Below are positions 1-20,085 of a DNA stretch of 64,000 nt, in pieces; the stretch's first letter is position 1, and each line of letters starts with the position of its first letter. Source of the stretch: Heptranchias perlo. Taxonomy: Eukaryota. The stretch spans positions 4,650,001 through 4,714,000 of the forward strand of contig NC_090364.1 of assembly GCF_035084215.1 (NCBI RefSeq). The letters are read 5' to 3'. Made by a program: the position numbers and the translations under genes. The notes beneath the pieces are model-generated. The model did no database searches. It was not told the DNA's origin and saw nothing but the letters and a program-made list of their open reading frames with translations.

Positions 1-670
1 TCTCCTGCCATGACTCAACCCTTAAGTTAGCTTAACAACAACTGCAATGTCAAGAGAAAAAAAAGGAAAGAAAAACTACTTACCACTCCCTTTAAGGAGT
101 TTACTCCTTTAAATTGTTCTCAATTTAGAGAATGTTAACTACACTAGGGACCTTGATTCACTAAAAAATAAACGCTACTTCCTATAAGACCTGCAGACCT
201 TCCCTTTCCTTTTACTTTAGTTACTGTAGATAAGTAGAAATACTCACCTGAACCTACTCCCCAATCAGGTGCCTCCCCTGTGTCGCGTCCCGATCTGATT
301 CCTGACGTCACTTCGAACTCGGTCGCAGCTCCGCTCGGCTCGGCTCCTCTCAGCGCTCTGAAATCCCGCCTTTTATCAGACGCTCCCTCCGCTCGGCTCG
401 GCTCCTCTCAGCTGTTCTCAGCGCTCTGAAATCCCGCCTTTTATCGGATGCTCCCTCCGCTCGGCTCGGCTCCTCTCAGCTGTTCTCAGCGCTCTGAAAT
501 CCCGCCTTTTATCGGACGCTCCCTCCGCTCGGCTTGGCTCCTGTCAGCTGTTCTCAGCGCTCTGAAATCCCGCCTTTTATCGGTCGCAGCTCCGCTCCGC
601 TCGGCTCCTCTCAGCTGTTCTCAGCGCTCTGAAATCCCGCCTTTTATCGGACGCTCCCTCCTCTCCTCTC
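1..670 (-). mobile_element. Probable 5' end (5'UTR and ORF1 start) of a CR1-like LINE running off the left edge of the window
   Basis: Minus-strand ATGGCAGGAGA at 11..1 is preceded by a CpG-rich, tandem-monomer 5' region. It interrupts the ferritin spacer, which resumes at about 888. Family assignment is from recognition only. Confidence 0.45.
329..668. repeat. Tandem repeat, about 5 units of 58-70 bp
   Basis: Unit ctccgctcggctcggctcctctcagc(tgttctcagc)gctctgaaatcccgccttttatcggacgctcc repeated five times. Confidence 0.9.
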
Positions 671-684
671 AGACACTCACCACT

Positions 685-888
685 CTTTTCACTCAAAGAG
701 TGGTGAGTGTCTGGAACGAGCTGCCAGAGGCAGGTACAATTTTGTCTTTTAAAAAGCATTTGGACAGTTACATGGGTAAGATGGGTATAGAGGCCAAGTG
801 CAGGCAATTGGGACTAGCTTAGTGGTATAAACTGGGCGACATGGACATGTTGGGCCGAAGGGCCTGTTCTATGTTGTAAACTTCTATG
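685..888 (+). mobile_element. CR1-type LINE 3' end (ORF2 C-terminus and 3'UTR)
   Basis: Translates FTQRVVSVWNELPE...FKKHLDSYM, a typical CR1 ORF2 C-terminus. It is followed by the tail atggacatgttgggccgaagggcctgttctatg. Confidence 0.85.
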
Positions 889-1898
889 AAATGCACAATG
901 GCACTAAAGGCAAATTGTTAAATTCATGGAGGAGTTGATTGTATTGGGTTTATGAATTAATGGAACAGTGGGGGTGGTGGACGTTTACCCCTCAATGGAA
1001 AACTAGTTGTCGTTAACTTGGTGTTTTACGACGTGTATTCAATGAAATATTTGCTTCTTCCTGAAAGATTACATTTTGCTTAAATTCAGTTCCACAGGAA
1101 TTATTCTCCCTCCAGTACCTCACTCAATTTCTTGTTTATGTGGGAGTGGAAAGAAGGTAGAGAATTCTCCATGGGCCTGGGGTAAAGATGAAAAAAAAAA
1201 GGGAATGGAGAAAAATAAATTCTCCACCCCCACACTTTGACCTAAGAGGCCAATTGCTGTTGATTGCTCTCTCACGCAAGTCGAAGCCCCTTCATGCAAT
1301 GAGTACAGGGGGTTCAGACTATGATCTTGACAGTTCTACAGAACCAGCAGTATCATATGCAACTTTACTCACAAAACATCAGAATGTTTAAGTAGCAGCC
1401 ATTAAGGGAAGCTCACTAAACCAAATTAGCTGATCCATGGCATTTTACTTTTAAGTCAAAACACTGCACTGCTGTTCCCAGGGGAGCTACCATTTTGCAG
1501 GTTATTCATTGGACTGAAATAGTGCAATACTAATTCACCGGCCTTACGGTTTAATAAAAAAAGTGAGAAAAGTTACAGCAGCTGCTATATTGAGGGGTAG
1601 AGAGTTAACATTTATGGACAGGGGAAAGAGAATTTATCACCAATGGGAACAGTAACTTGTATGCAGCTGCCTTAGTTCTAAGCTTTGGCATACCCTCCTG
1701 AAATATCTACCTCCCCTCCCAAAACAGACCTTCCCTCCCAAAACCTACCTTTTGCTCACCTGTCCTAATATCTCATTAGGAGAGACAGTGTCAAAAGAGC
1801 CCAATGTAGTTCATGTCCAATGTAAAGCAAATTCTGTTACTGGTAAATGAGCAACAGCTCAAGGTTTAAAAAAAACAAAACCAGTCAAATGTTAACTG

Positions 1899-1904
1899 TT
1901 TATT
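1899..1904 (-). terminator. Polyadenylation signal AATAAA of ferritin copy 1
   Basis: tttatt on + strand about 115 nt past the stop. An equivalent motif lies downstream of the other copies (e.g. ~7222, ~48385, ~58674). Confidence 0.7.
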
Positions 1905-2016
1905 TAGTTACAACCACATTCCACATCAAGAGCCCAGGTCTCCTGGCTCAGTACAAAGTCACACAAATCATTCAGTAGAGGATGGGAGGTCTCAAGACTA
2001 TACCCATGCAGTCAGT

Positions 2017-4261
<2,245 letters not shown>

Positions 4262-4340
4262 CTTTACTATTTCTGTATTAGTACTTTTCACTATTACTCA
4301 AAAAGTTCTAGAACTACCTTCTTCCAGCAAAAGCTCTTGT

Positions 4341-4500
4341 ATTTATACTCCTGGGACAGCCTGCATTGAGGTAATCAATGACATCACCAATGATGATTGA
4401 CAATCCCCAATAGCCAATCAGGAATCACCCATGAATCCAGGCACCAATTAACAAAGGAGAGGCGGTGTGAGGGAGGGATTGATACCCAGAGCCAATCAGA
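4341..4500 (-). promoter_or_regulatory. Core promoter of copy 1: TATA box, CRE-like TGACATCA, several inverted CCAAT boxes; same layout in the other copies, diverged in copy 9
   Basis: TATAAAT (atttata at 4341-4347) about 80 nt upstream of ATG; tgacatca at ~4379; ccaat at ~4387, 4413, 4444, 4492. Motifs recur at matching positions in paralogues. Confidence 0.75.
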
Positions 4501-4734
4501 GGTTAGGAATACAGGCGGATTTGGATGAACAGTCTCGGAGATGTCACTGCTTCTGGGCTCTTTGAACTCCCTCAAATCTGAAAGTGACTCTTTGTTTCAA
4601 TCTCTCGGGATCATAACTTTGAATTATTTGACATTAATTTAATATTTTCACTGAAGTGGCTTTTCTTAATCTGGTCAAGTTTATTACTTTTAGTAATTGT
4701 GATAATGAGACAATATTCAAAGCAATCAAGTAGT

Positions 4735-5006
4735 CTTGAGTGAATTTGCAAACCAACCATTGGACAGAGAAATGGAAATTCCATCCCATGGATGGTGTGA
4801 ATCGTCCCCAGTTCTAATATAGAGAATGGGTGTGTCTGAGGATTGGCAGCATGGGGGCATCAACTGGGCAAAGCATTGTGGGATGTGTCATTTTTAGTTT
4901 TGATTCTCATGAAATGTTGTTTGGTAAAATTCAGGATATTCAGCGAGAATGAGAGGGAGTGAAGATTACTGAATGCAATGTCACCCACACAAACATCTCC
5001 ATTTGT
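4735..5006. promoter_or_regulatory. Near-invariant ~270-bp upstream block, candidate enhancer; also at ~10085, 19811, 29325, 34844, 41476, 51291, 56487, 62046
   Basis: Very few differences among nine copies, while flanks and introns diverge visibly. Contains atttgcaa (4744), tggaaattcca (4773) and ttctcatgaa (4904). Function is inferred. Confidence 0.5.
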
Positions 5007-5447
5007 GTCAGCTGTGGCTCAGTGGCAGCACTCTCACCTCAGAGTCAGAAGGTTGTGGGTTCAAGTCCCACTCCAGGGACTGGAGCACAAAGTCTAGACT
5101 GATACCTCAGTGCAGCACCATGGGAATGCTGTATAGATCGATAAGAGATTAAACTGTGGCCTTATCTGCTCATTTTGGTAGGTGTAAAAGATGCCATAGC
5201 ACTAATTTGAGGAAGAGCAGGGGAGTTCGCCCCAGTGTCGTTACTAATATTTATCTTTAACCAACATAATTAAAACAGATCATCTTGTTATTATTTCTGT
5301 TTGTGCCATTTTGCTGTGAGCAAATTGGGTGCTGCATTTCCCTAATTACAACAGCAACTACATTTTGAAAGTACTTCATTGGCTGTAAACGCTTCAGGAT
5401 GTCCTGAGGTTGCAATAAGACGCTATATAAATGCAAGCTTTTTCTTT
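5007..5447 (+). mobile_element. tRNA-derived DeuSINE (SacSINE1/AmnSINE1-like), near full length
   Basis: A box tggctcagtgg and B box ggttcaagtcc. Deu-domain core (taaaagat..catagcacta..gaagagcaggggagtt..aaaacagat..ttacaacag..aaagtacttcattggctgtaaa) and tail gctatataaatgcaag. Confidence 0.8.
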
Positions 5448-7349
5448 CTATATCCTCTAGCATATTAGATGAGTCCTTTTATGATCAGCGTTCAATGAGG
5501 CTAAAGAATATTTGAATCTGATTGAAATGATGAGACTCTGATGTTCTCTAACAGTCTGGCTCATCACATTGGTGTTTCTCTGAGATCCAAAGTCTTGACA
5601 TCTGGTTTTATTGCAAAATGGTTGAGGTTTTCAATCCTGGATTAAGTGATGAGATGTGTTCCCTTGGAATAAAACTGTTTCCCCCATCACACAATTCCTT
5701 TGAATGTAAACACAGAAATTTCTCTTCAAGAAGAACAAACATGTATTTTCTAGCCCATCACCAGGAGACGCTGCTACCAGAACTATTCTTCATTGTAATC
5801 AGACTGTAGGAAACATAACAGCAGAGAGGGAGGTGAACATTACACCTCAAAGCAAAATCAGGTCAAACAGTTAACCCCCTTTAGCCCAGTTGTGACCTCA
5901 GTGTGGGGAATGTTTGCAGCTGATCCACATCCAGGTTCAGCACAGAGTGAGCTGAAGACTTTTTGCCTGAAATATGAAGTCATCAAACCCATCAACAAAT
6001 CCACACCCACTCGAACAATCGTGGCTCAGCAACGTATGAAATGTAATGACATTGATCCCCCAAAAGTGCTTGAGAGAAGCAAAGACATTAACGTGGAATG
6101 ACTGAAGACTGCAATTCCATCACACCCAGTGCAATTCACAACTAAGTTCCTAAACTTGAATTGTAAACACTGGATAATTACAGCTGCAGCATCAACATTT
6201 GAATCCATTCATAGGGGTGAACGAGACAAATGGAGAACCAATAGGATTTGGAAAGGATGGAGAGTATTTAGAATGAAACGCACAATGGAACTAAAGGCAA
6301 ATTGTTCAGTTCATGGAGCAGTTTATTGTATTGGGTTTATGAATTAACAGAATAGTGGGGGTGGTGGAAGTTAACCCCCCACCGAGACCTAGTGATATTT
6401 AACTGTGTTTTAAGATGTGCATTTAGTGAAATATTTGCTCCTTCCTGAACAATTACATTTTACTTGAATTCAGTTCCAGAGGAATTATTCTCCCTCCAGT
6501 ACCTCACCCCATTTCTTGTTCATTGAAGATCTTAAGTAGGCAGGATTGGGGGTGGAGGGGTTAAAAGAAAAAGGAAAAAGACTCTCCACCCCCACAATCC
6601 ACACAAGAGGCCAATTGCTCACCCACATCAAGGTCCTTCATGCCATGAGTTCAGGAGCTCACAATGAACTGCGACATTACTGGTACTCTAGAGCCATCAT
6701 GTGCTGCTTTGCTCACAAACCTTCAGAAAGTCTATAGCAGCAGTGGTGAGTTTGGTTTAGTGAGCTCCCCAAATTAACTAAGGATCTATAGCATTTGACT
6801 TTTTAAAATCAAACCGTGAACTGCTATTCCCAATGCTGATACCATTCTTAGAGGTTGGTTATTGGACTGAAATGGTGCAATACTATTTCACTGGCATTGT
6901 GGTTTAACAAAAGAAAAAAAAGTTACAGCAGCTGATATGTTGAGTGGGTGGAGTGTTAACATTTACAGACAGGGGGGAGAGAGGATATTCACCACCCATG
7001 GGAACAGTTACTTGTATACAGCTGCCTCAGTCCTAAGCTTTGGCATTTCCTCTCAATCTCTTCCTCCCTCCGAAAACCTACCTTTTGCGCACCTGATTTA
7101 ATGTCCTATTATGTGCCTGAGTGCAAATAGCCCAATGTAGTTCTTGTTAGATGTAAAGCAAATTAGGTTACTGAAAAATGAGCAAAACCACAGGAAGACA
7201 AAACCAGTCCAGTGTTCACTGTTTATTTACAGTTACTACCACATTAAGAGCCCAGCACTCAGCTCTATACAAAATCACACAAATAATCATTCAAGAGGAT
7301 GGGTAGTCTCAAGACTATATAAATAATAGGCTATACCCATGCAGTCAGT

Positions 7350-9290
<1,941 letters not shown>

Positions 9291-9684
9291 CTTTACTATA
9301 CCTTATGTTTTCACTATCACCTGGACAGTTCTACATCTACCCTCTTCCCTCCCAAGCTCTTGTATTTATACTACTGGGACAGCCCGCATTGAAGCAAGGA
9401 ATGACATCACCAATGATGATTGACAATTCCCGATAACCAATCAGGAATCGTCCATGAATCCAGGCACCAATTAACAAAGGACAAGGGCGTGGTGGAGGAG
9501 AGGTTGATACCCAGAGCCAATCAGAGCTTTGGAATACAGGCTGGTTTGGGTGATTGGTCTCAGTGATATCACTGCTTTTTTTTGGACGAAAATAATTCTA
9601 AGATGGGGCACTTGTGTAACTGTCTTGAGACCCAGTGTCACCTGTATTTTTTTTTGGACATCTTGATTTCTTTATCACGATATC

Positions 9685-9903
9685 AAACAAAACCAGAATC
9701 AAATTATAACTTTATTGTTAGAGTCGAGGATTCGCTCCAGTCCCTGCTGCTCCCACCAGTCGCGGAAAGCCTCAACCATAACGGCAGACACGGAATGCTC
9801 TTCTCCAGGGCCAAGTGGGCGCAGAGAATGCTGCGGACGAGAGTCGGAGCGACCGCCCCCACAGGCCGTGTCCGTCTTGTACCTGTGGATGGTCACCTTT
9901 GGT
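9685..9903 (-). mobile_element. Tx1-like (L1 clade) ORF2 3' fragment upstream of copy 2
   Basis: Minus frame ends EAFRDWWEQQGLERILDSNNKVII, homologous to the end of the 40678-41227 frame. Confidence 0.8.
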
Positions 9904-10356
9904 GCTTTTTGGGTTCTTTGACCTCCCTCATAGTGCCTCTTTGTATAAATCTCTCAGAATCACAACTTTGAATTATTTGATAATAATTTGATATTTTCAC
10001 TGAAGTGGCTTTTCATAATCTGGTCAAGTTTATTACTTGCAAGTAACAGTGATGATGAGACAATATTCAACGCAATCAAGTCATCTTGAGTGAATTTGCA
10101 AACCAAATCTTGGACAGAGAAATGGAAATTCCATCCCATGGATGGTGTGAATCGTCCCCAGTTCTAATATAGAGAATGGGTGTGTCTGAGGATTGGCAGC
10201 ATGGGGGCATCAACTGGGCAAAGCATTGTGGGATGTGTCATTTTTAGTTTTGATTCTCATGAAATGTTGTTTGGTAAAATTCAGGATATTCAGCGAGAAT
10301 GAGAGGGAGTGAAGATTACTGAATGCAATGTCACCCACACAAACATCTCCATTTGT

Positions 10357-10735
10357 GTCAGCTGTGACTCAGTGGCAGCACTCTCACCTCAGAGTCAGAA
10401 GGTTGTGGGTTCAAGTCCCACTCCAGGGACTTGAGCACAAAGTCCAGGCTGATACTTCACCACAGCACCCAGTGAGTGCTGTACAGTCGGATGAGACATT
10501 AAACCGAGGCCCCGTCTGCTCACTTAGGATGTAAAAGATCCCATGGCACTAATTTGAGTGAGAGAAGGGGAGTTCTCCCTGGTGTCTCTGCAAATATTTA
10601 TCCCTCAACCAATGTAATTAAAACAGATTATCTAATCAATATTTCATGCTGTTTGTGGGATCTTGCTGTGGCCATATTGGTTGCTGCGTTTCCAACATTA
10701 CAACAGTGAGTACATTTCAAAAGTACTTATTGGCC
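10357..10735 (+). mobile_element. DeuSINE copy, 3' truncated
   Basis: Paralogue of 5007-5447. Confidence 0.75.
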
Positions 10736-12303
10736 GTGCTTCATTGTAATCAGATTATAGGGAACGGATCAGCACAGAGTGAGCTGAACATTGGCCTGTT
10801 TTCCATTTGAGGTGTAAACAGTTAACCCCCATTAGCCCAGTTGTGACCTCCGTGTGGGGAATGTTTGCAGTTGATCCTCATCCAGGTTCAGCACATCGAG
10901 TGAGCTGAATACTTTTTGCTCGAAATATGAAGCCGTCAAAGCCATCAGCAAATCCAACCGACTCGTACAATTGTGGCTCAGCAATGAATGAAATGTGGTG
11001 AAATTGATCCCCCAAAAGTGCTTTTGAGAGAAGCAGACATTAACGTGGAACGACTGAAGACTGCAATTCCATCACACCCAGTGCAGTTCACAACTCAGTT
11101 CCTAAACTTCACTTGTAAACACTGGATAATTACAGATACAGCATCAACATTTGATCCATTCATAGGGTTGAAGGTGACAAATGGAGAACCAATAAGATTT
11201 GGAAAGGATGATTAGTATTTGGTATGAAATGCACAATAGGACCAAATACAAATTGATACATTTCAGGTTGGAGCTGATTGTATTGGGTTTATGAATTGAT
11301 GGGACAGGGATGTGGAAGGATTTTGCAGGAGAAATATCGATTTAACTTGAAATCAAAAAGCAAATTTAAACAATGAAATATATTTACTCCTTCCAAAAGG
11401 ATTTCAGTTGCACAGATATTACTCTCCCATGAGGACCTTACTCAATTGCTTCTCATGAGATCAACAGTGAGTGTTGCAGGTTCTTTACCTGGACAGTGGG
11501 TGCACACATGGGGCAAAAAAAAAGTTTTTAATCAAACCCTAACTTCTCCACCGAATCTATACTGTCCCCTAAGAAGCCAGTGGATACAAAGCAAATGTGC
11601 CAATGTTCATTGCCTCCCTCCCCCAAGTACACTGAGTTCACATTACTGGTCTGTAATTGTTTGACCACTAAGCTTACTGGAAAGCCCAGAGCAGCAATGA
11701 TGAGTTTGGTTTCATGAGCTCCCTCCAGTGTATCCCATAGCAATAACTTTTTTAAAATGGGATTGTTCAGTGGACTGATCTGGTTTAACATAAAATATCA
11801 AGAAAATGAGCTTAACACAATGTTACAGTCGCTGATATCTTGTCCTGGGGTGGGGATGTTTAAAAAGGAAGATGCCTTTTTGGAAAGAGAATATTCAGTG
11901 GTAACAGTAACTTGTATTAAAACCAGCAAAGATTGGAATGTGCTGTTAGTATTCAAGGTAAACACAGAATTGAAATTAGATAGTCAACATCCAAGTCAAT
12001 AAATTGGAATTACTACAGGAATGGCAGGGGAGGGGGGGGTTAAATTGACAATGGACTGACTCTTACACTGCCCAATGTAATTGTTAGATGTAAACTAAAT
12101 TAGGTTACTGAAAAATCAGCATCCACTCAATTTGAGACAACAAAATCCAGTTCAACAATTTATTGACAGTTCCTATTACATTTCACAAGAGCCCCGGTCT
12201 CAGTTCTTTGTACAAAGCCACATAAGTCATGACTGCTACAGGATGGGGGAGTGTCAAGACAACATGAACAGGAGCACTAATAAACTTTATCCCTGCAGTC
12301 AGT

Positions 12304-14193
<1,890 letters not shown>

Positions 14194-14759
14194 CTTTCCT
14201 GTATCCTATGTTTTCACTATCACCTGGACAGTTCGACAACTACCCTCTTCACTCCCAAGCTCTTGTATTTATACTACTGGGACAGCCAGCATTGAAGCAA
14301 GGAATGACATCACCAATGATGATTGACAATCCTCGATAACCACTCAGGAATCGTCCATGAATCCAAGCACCAATTAACAAAGGACAGGGTAAAAAAGAAA
14401 AAAAACAAAGGACAGGGGCATTGTGGAGAAGGGATTGATACCCAGAGCCAATCAGAGCTTGCGTGTTTGGTCTTGGTGATATCAATGCTTTTTGACTAAA
14501 ATAATTCTAAGATGGGGTACTTTTTTTGTGCAGGTCAGTGAGCTCTGAAGGGACGGTGGGACTGGCCTGAGGTACTGGTGCCGGCTGGTTGACGGACCAA
14601 TCATTCCCTCGGTGCTCTGTGGCCATGGATCACTCGAATCCCCACACGGGCTCCAAACTCCAGTTAAACTTTCCCATTTGGAACTAATTGTCCAAACACG
14701 AATAAGATTGAAAGTTTGTTATTCTCTAGGTTGACTTTTTATTAGTGATGTTCGTCTAG

Positions 14760-15076
14760 TTTTCTTTTCTTCTTCTTTGTTTTCGGCCCCCCTTTTATAA
14801 GAAGTATGGTGGGAGGGGGGTGGTTAGGGAGTGTTTTTATGTGCAGCAAATCAATAAACCCAAAATAAGTGTCAAATTCTAATTTTATTGTATTGATCCA
14901 GGATGCACTCCAATCCCTCCGGTGCCCACCGGTCGCGGAAAGCCTCAAGCATAACGGCAGACACCGCGTGCTCCCTCTCCAGGGCCATCCAGTCGCAGAG
15001 AATGCCGTAGACGAGATTCAGAGCGACCGCCCCCACGTACCGCGTCCAGCCTGGACCTGTGGATGGTCACCTTTGG
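14760..15076 (-). mobile_element. Tx1-like 3' fragment with 3'UTR and A-rich tail upstream of copy 3
   Basis: Reverse complement matches ~41015-41318, including cttcttataaaaggggggcc. Confidence 0.8.
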
Positions 15077-16632
15077 TGCTTTTTGAGTTCTTTGACCTCC
15101 CTCAAAGTGCCTCTTTGTATCAATCTCTCGAAATCACAACTTTGAACTATTTGGTAACAACTTGATATTTCCACTGAAGTGGCTTTTCATACACTGGTCA
15201 AGTTTATTACTTTAAGTAATTGTGATGCTGAGACAATATTCAATGCAATCAAGTCGTCGAATTTTCAAAGACATTAACGTGGAATCACCGAAGACTGCAA
15301 TGTCATCGTACCCACTGCAGTTCACAACTGAGCTTGTAAACTTCACTTGTAAACACTGGATAATCACAGCTGCAGCATCAATATTTGAATTCATTCATTG
15401 GGGTGACGGAGACAAATGGAGAACCAATAGGATTTGGAAAGGATGATTGTTATTTGGTATGAAATATACAATAGGACTAAATACAAATTGATATATTTAT
15501 GGAGGAGCTGATTGTATTGAGAACAGGGATATGGCGGGAGTTTGTCAAAATATCTATAACTTCATTCAAATTATTTGCTTCCAGAAGGATTACATGTCAC
15601 TGGAGTACAATCCCACAGGTATTACTCTCCCTTGAGTCCCTCACCCAATGGCTTAATCATGAGGGTGGTGGCAGTAGAAAGTGAGTTCATAGAACCAAGC
15701 CCAATCCTCTCCCCACTGGGAATCCATACTTTCTCCATAGAGGTCAGTGGATAGTCAGCAAATGTGGCAATTCTGGTTGATTTTACCACTGCCCCCCCCC
15801 TCCTCACCCAAGGGAAGTCTCCTTACCTTTAGGAGTTCACACAATACTGGTCTGTATAGCAGTTATCTGCTGCTTTACCACACAGCTTGCCCAACCATCT
15901 ACAGTAATGATGAGTTTGGTTTAGTGAGCTCCCTCCAGTGTATCCCACAGTAATAACTGAATGAGATCTGTAGCAGCTTTATTTAAAAACCCTTAGTAAA
16001 CACCTCATCCAAGGGCAGATACCTTCCTTAAATAGGATTGTTCATTGGACTGAAATTATTTAACACTAGCACACTTCCTTGGTGTTTTTCAACCAGGGAA
16101 AAACATTACAGCAGCTGATATTTTGTTGCACGGAGGGGTTAAAGAAAGTTGCCATTTTTGCAAGGAGAATATTCATCACCAATGGTAGCAGTAACTTGTA
16201 TCACAGCATTGCATTCAAACCAGCAGTGAAGAGCAATGTTTGAAATGCACAAATACAATCAAGGTACACAGAATTAAAATTAGATCTTCAACATGTGGCC
16301 CTGAACATCAAAGTCAATAAATTGGAATGACCCCAGCAGGGGAAAAAAATTTACAAGGTCTTAATCCCATGAAGTTGTTCCACAGCCTAGTGTAATTCTT
16401 GTTTGACAGAAACTAAATGTTAAATTAAGTGATTGCTTATTTTTTCAAGTTATTACACAACAAAATCCAGTTCAATGTTAACAGTTTATTTTCAGTTACG
16501 ATTACATTTCAAATCAAGACCCCAGGTCTCAGCTTTGTACAAAGTCACAAAAGTCATAACTGTGACAGGATGGGGGTCTCACACACATTATATAAACAGG
16601 AGCACGACCAAAGCTTTATTCCTGCAGTCAGT

Positions 16633-18995
<2,363 letters not shown>

Positions 18996-19407
18996 CTATT
19001 TCTGTTTTCACTCTTCACTATCACCTGGACAATTCTAGAACTACCCTCTTCACTCACAAGCTCTTTCATTTATACTATTGGGACAGCCGACATTTGAGCA
19101 AGGAATGACATCACCAATGATGATTGACAATCCCTGATAGCCAATCAGGAATCTTCCATAAATCCAGGCACCAATTAACAAAGGAGAAGGGGTGTGGGGG
19201 AGGGGTTGATACCCAGAGCCAATCAGAGCTTTGGAATACAGGCTGGTTTGGGTGATTGGTCTCGGTGATGTCACTGCTTTATGGGTTGTTTTTCCCTCTT
19301 TTCTTCTGTTTGACTAAAATAATTCTAAGATGGGACACTTGTGTTGCTGTCTTTAGACCCAGTGTCACCTGTATTTTTGTCACCTTCATTTCTTTATTAC
19401 GAAATCC

Positions 19408-19631
19408 AACAAAACCAGAATCAAATCATAACTTTATTGTCGGAGTCGAGGACGTACTCCGAGCTCTGCGCCTCCCACCGGTCTCGGAAAGCCTCAAGTT
19501 TACCAGCAGACACCGTGTGCTCCCTCTCCAGGGCCACCCGGGCGCAGAGAATGCTGCGGAGCGAGGCAGAGAGACGGAGCGACCGCCCCCACGGGCCGCA
19601 TCCAGCCAGGACCTGTGGATGGTCACCTTTG
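19408..19631 (-). mobile_element. Tx1-like ORF2 3' fragment upstream of copy 4
   Basis: ARVALEREHTVSAGKLEAFRDRWEAQSSEYVLDSDNKVMI. Confidence 0.8.
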
Positions 19632-20085
19632 ATGCTTTTTGGGTTCTTTGACCTCCCTGAAAGTGCCTCTTTGTATAAATCTTTCAGAATCACAACTTTG
19701 TATTTTTTGATAATTTAATATTTTCACTGAAGTTGCTTTTCATAATCTGGCCAAGTTTATTACTTGTAAGTAATTGTGACACTGAGACAATATTCAATGC
19801 AATCAAGTCATCTTGAGTGAATTTGCAAACCAACCATTGGACAGAGAAATGGAAATTCCATCCCATGGATGGTGTGAATCGTCCCCAGTTCTAATATAGA
19901 GAATGGGTGTGTCTGAGGATTGGCAGCATGGGGGCATCAACTGGGCAAAGCATTGTGGGATGTATCATTGTTTTGGTTTTGATTCTCATGAAATGTTGTT
20001 TGGTAAAATTCAGGATATTCAGCGAGAATGAGAGGGAGTGAAGATTACTGAATGCAATGTCACCCACACAAACATCTCCATTTGT

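Noticed and set aside
329-668. CRISPR-like array
   Set aside because: Eukaryotic context; contiguous repeats without unique spacers.
448-822. 124-aa ORF
   Set aside because: Read-through of a tandem repeat into a CR1 remnant.
4539-4555. IRE-like C-AGAAG-CAGTGA-CATCT on the minus strand
   Set aside because: It lies ~200 nt upstream of the TATA box, has a stem mismatch, and the pairing is lost in paralogues (AAAAG/CATCA).
5007-5080. tRNA gene
   Set aside because: A and B boxes are present but there is no convincing cloverleaf; it is the SINE head.
6026-6208. Recurrent minus-strand ORF MDSNVDAAAVIIQCLQ...
   Set aside because: Recurrence reflects the duplicated spacer. Ends and frames vary among copies, and no domain is recognisable.
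15906-15960. C/D-box snoRNA-like ATGATGA...CTGA in the 3' spacer
   Set aside because: Intergenic and antisense to the genes, too short, and the D box and spacing are not conserved among units.
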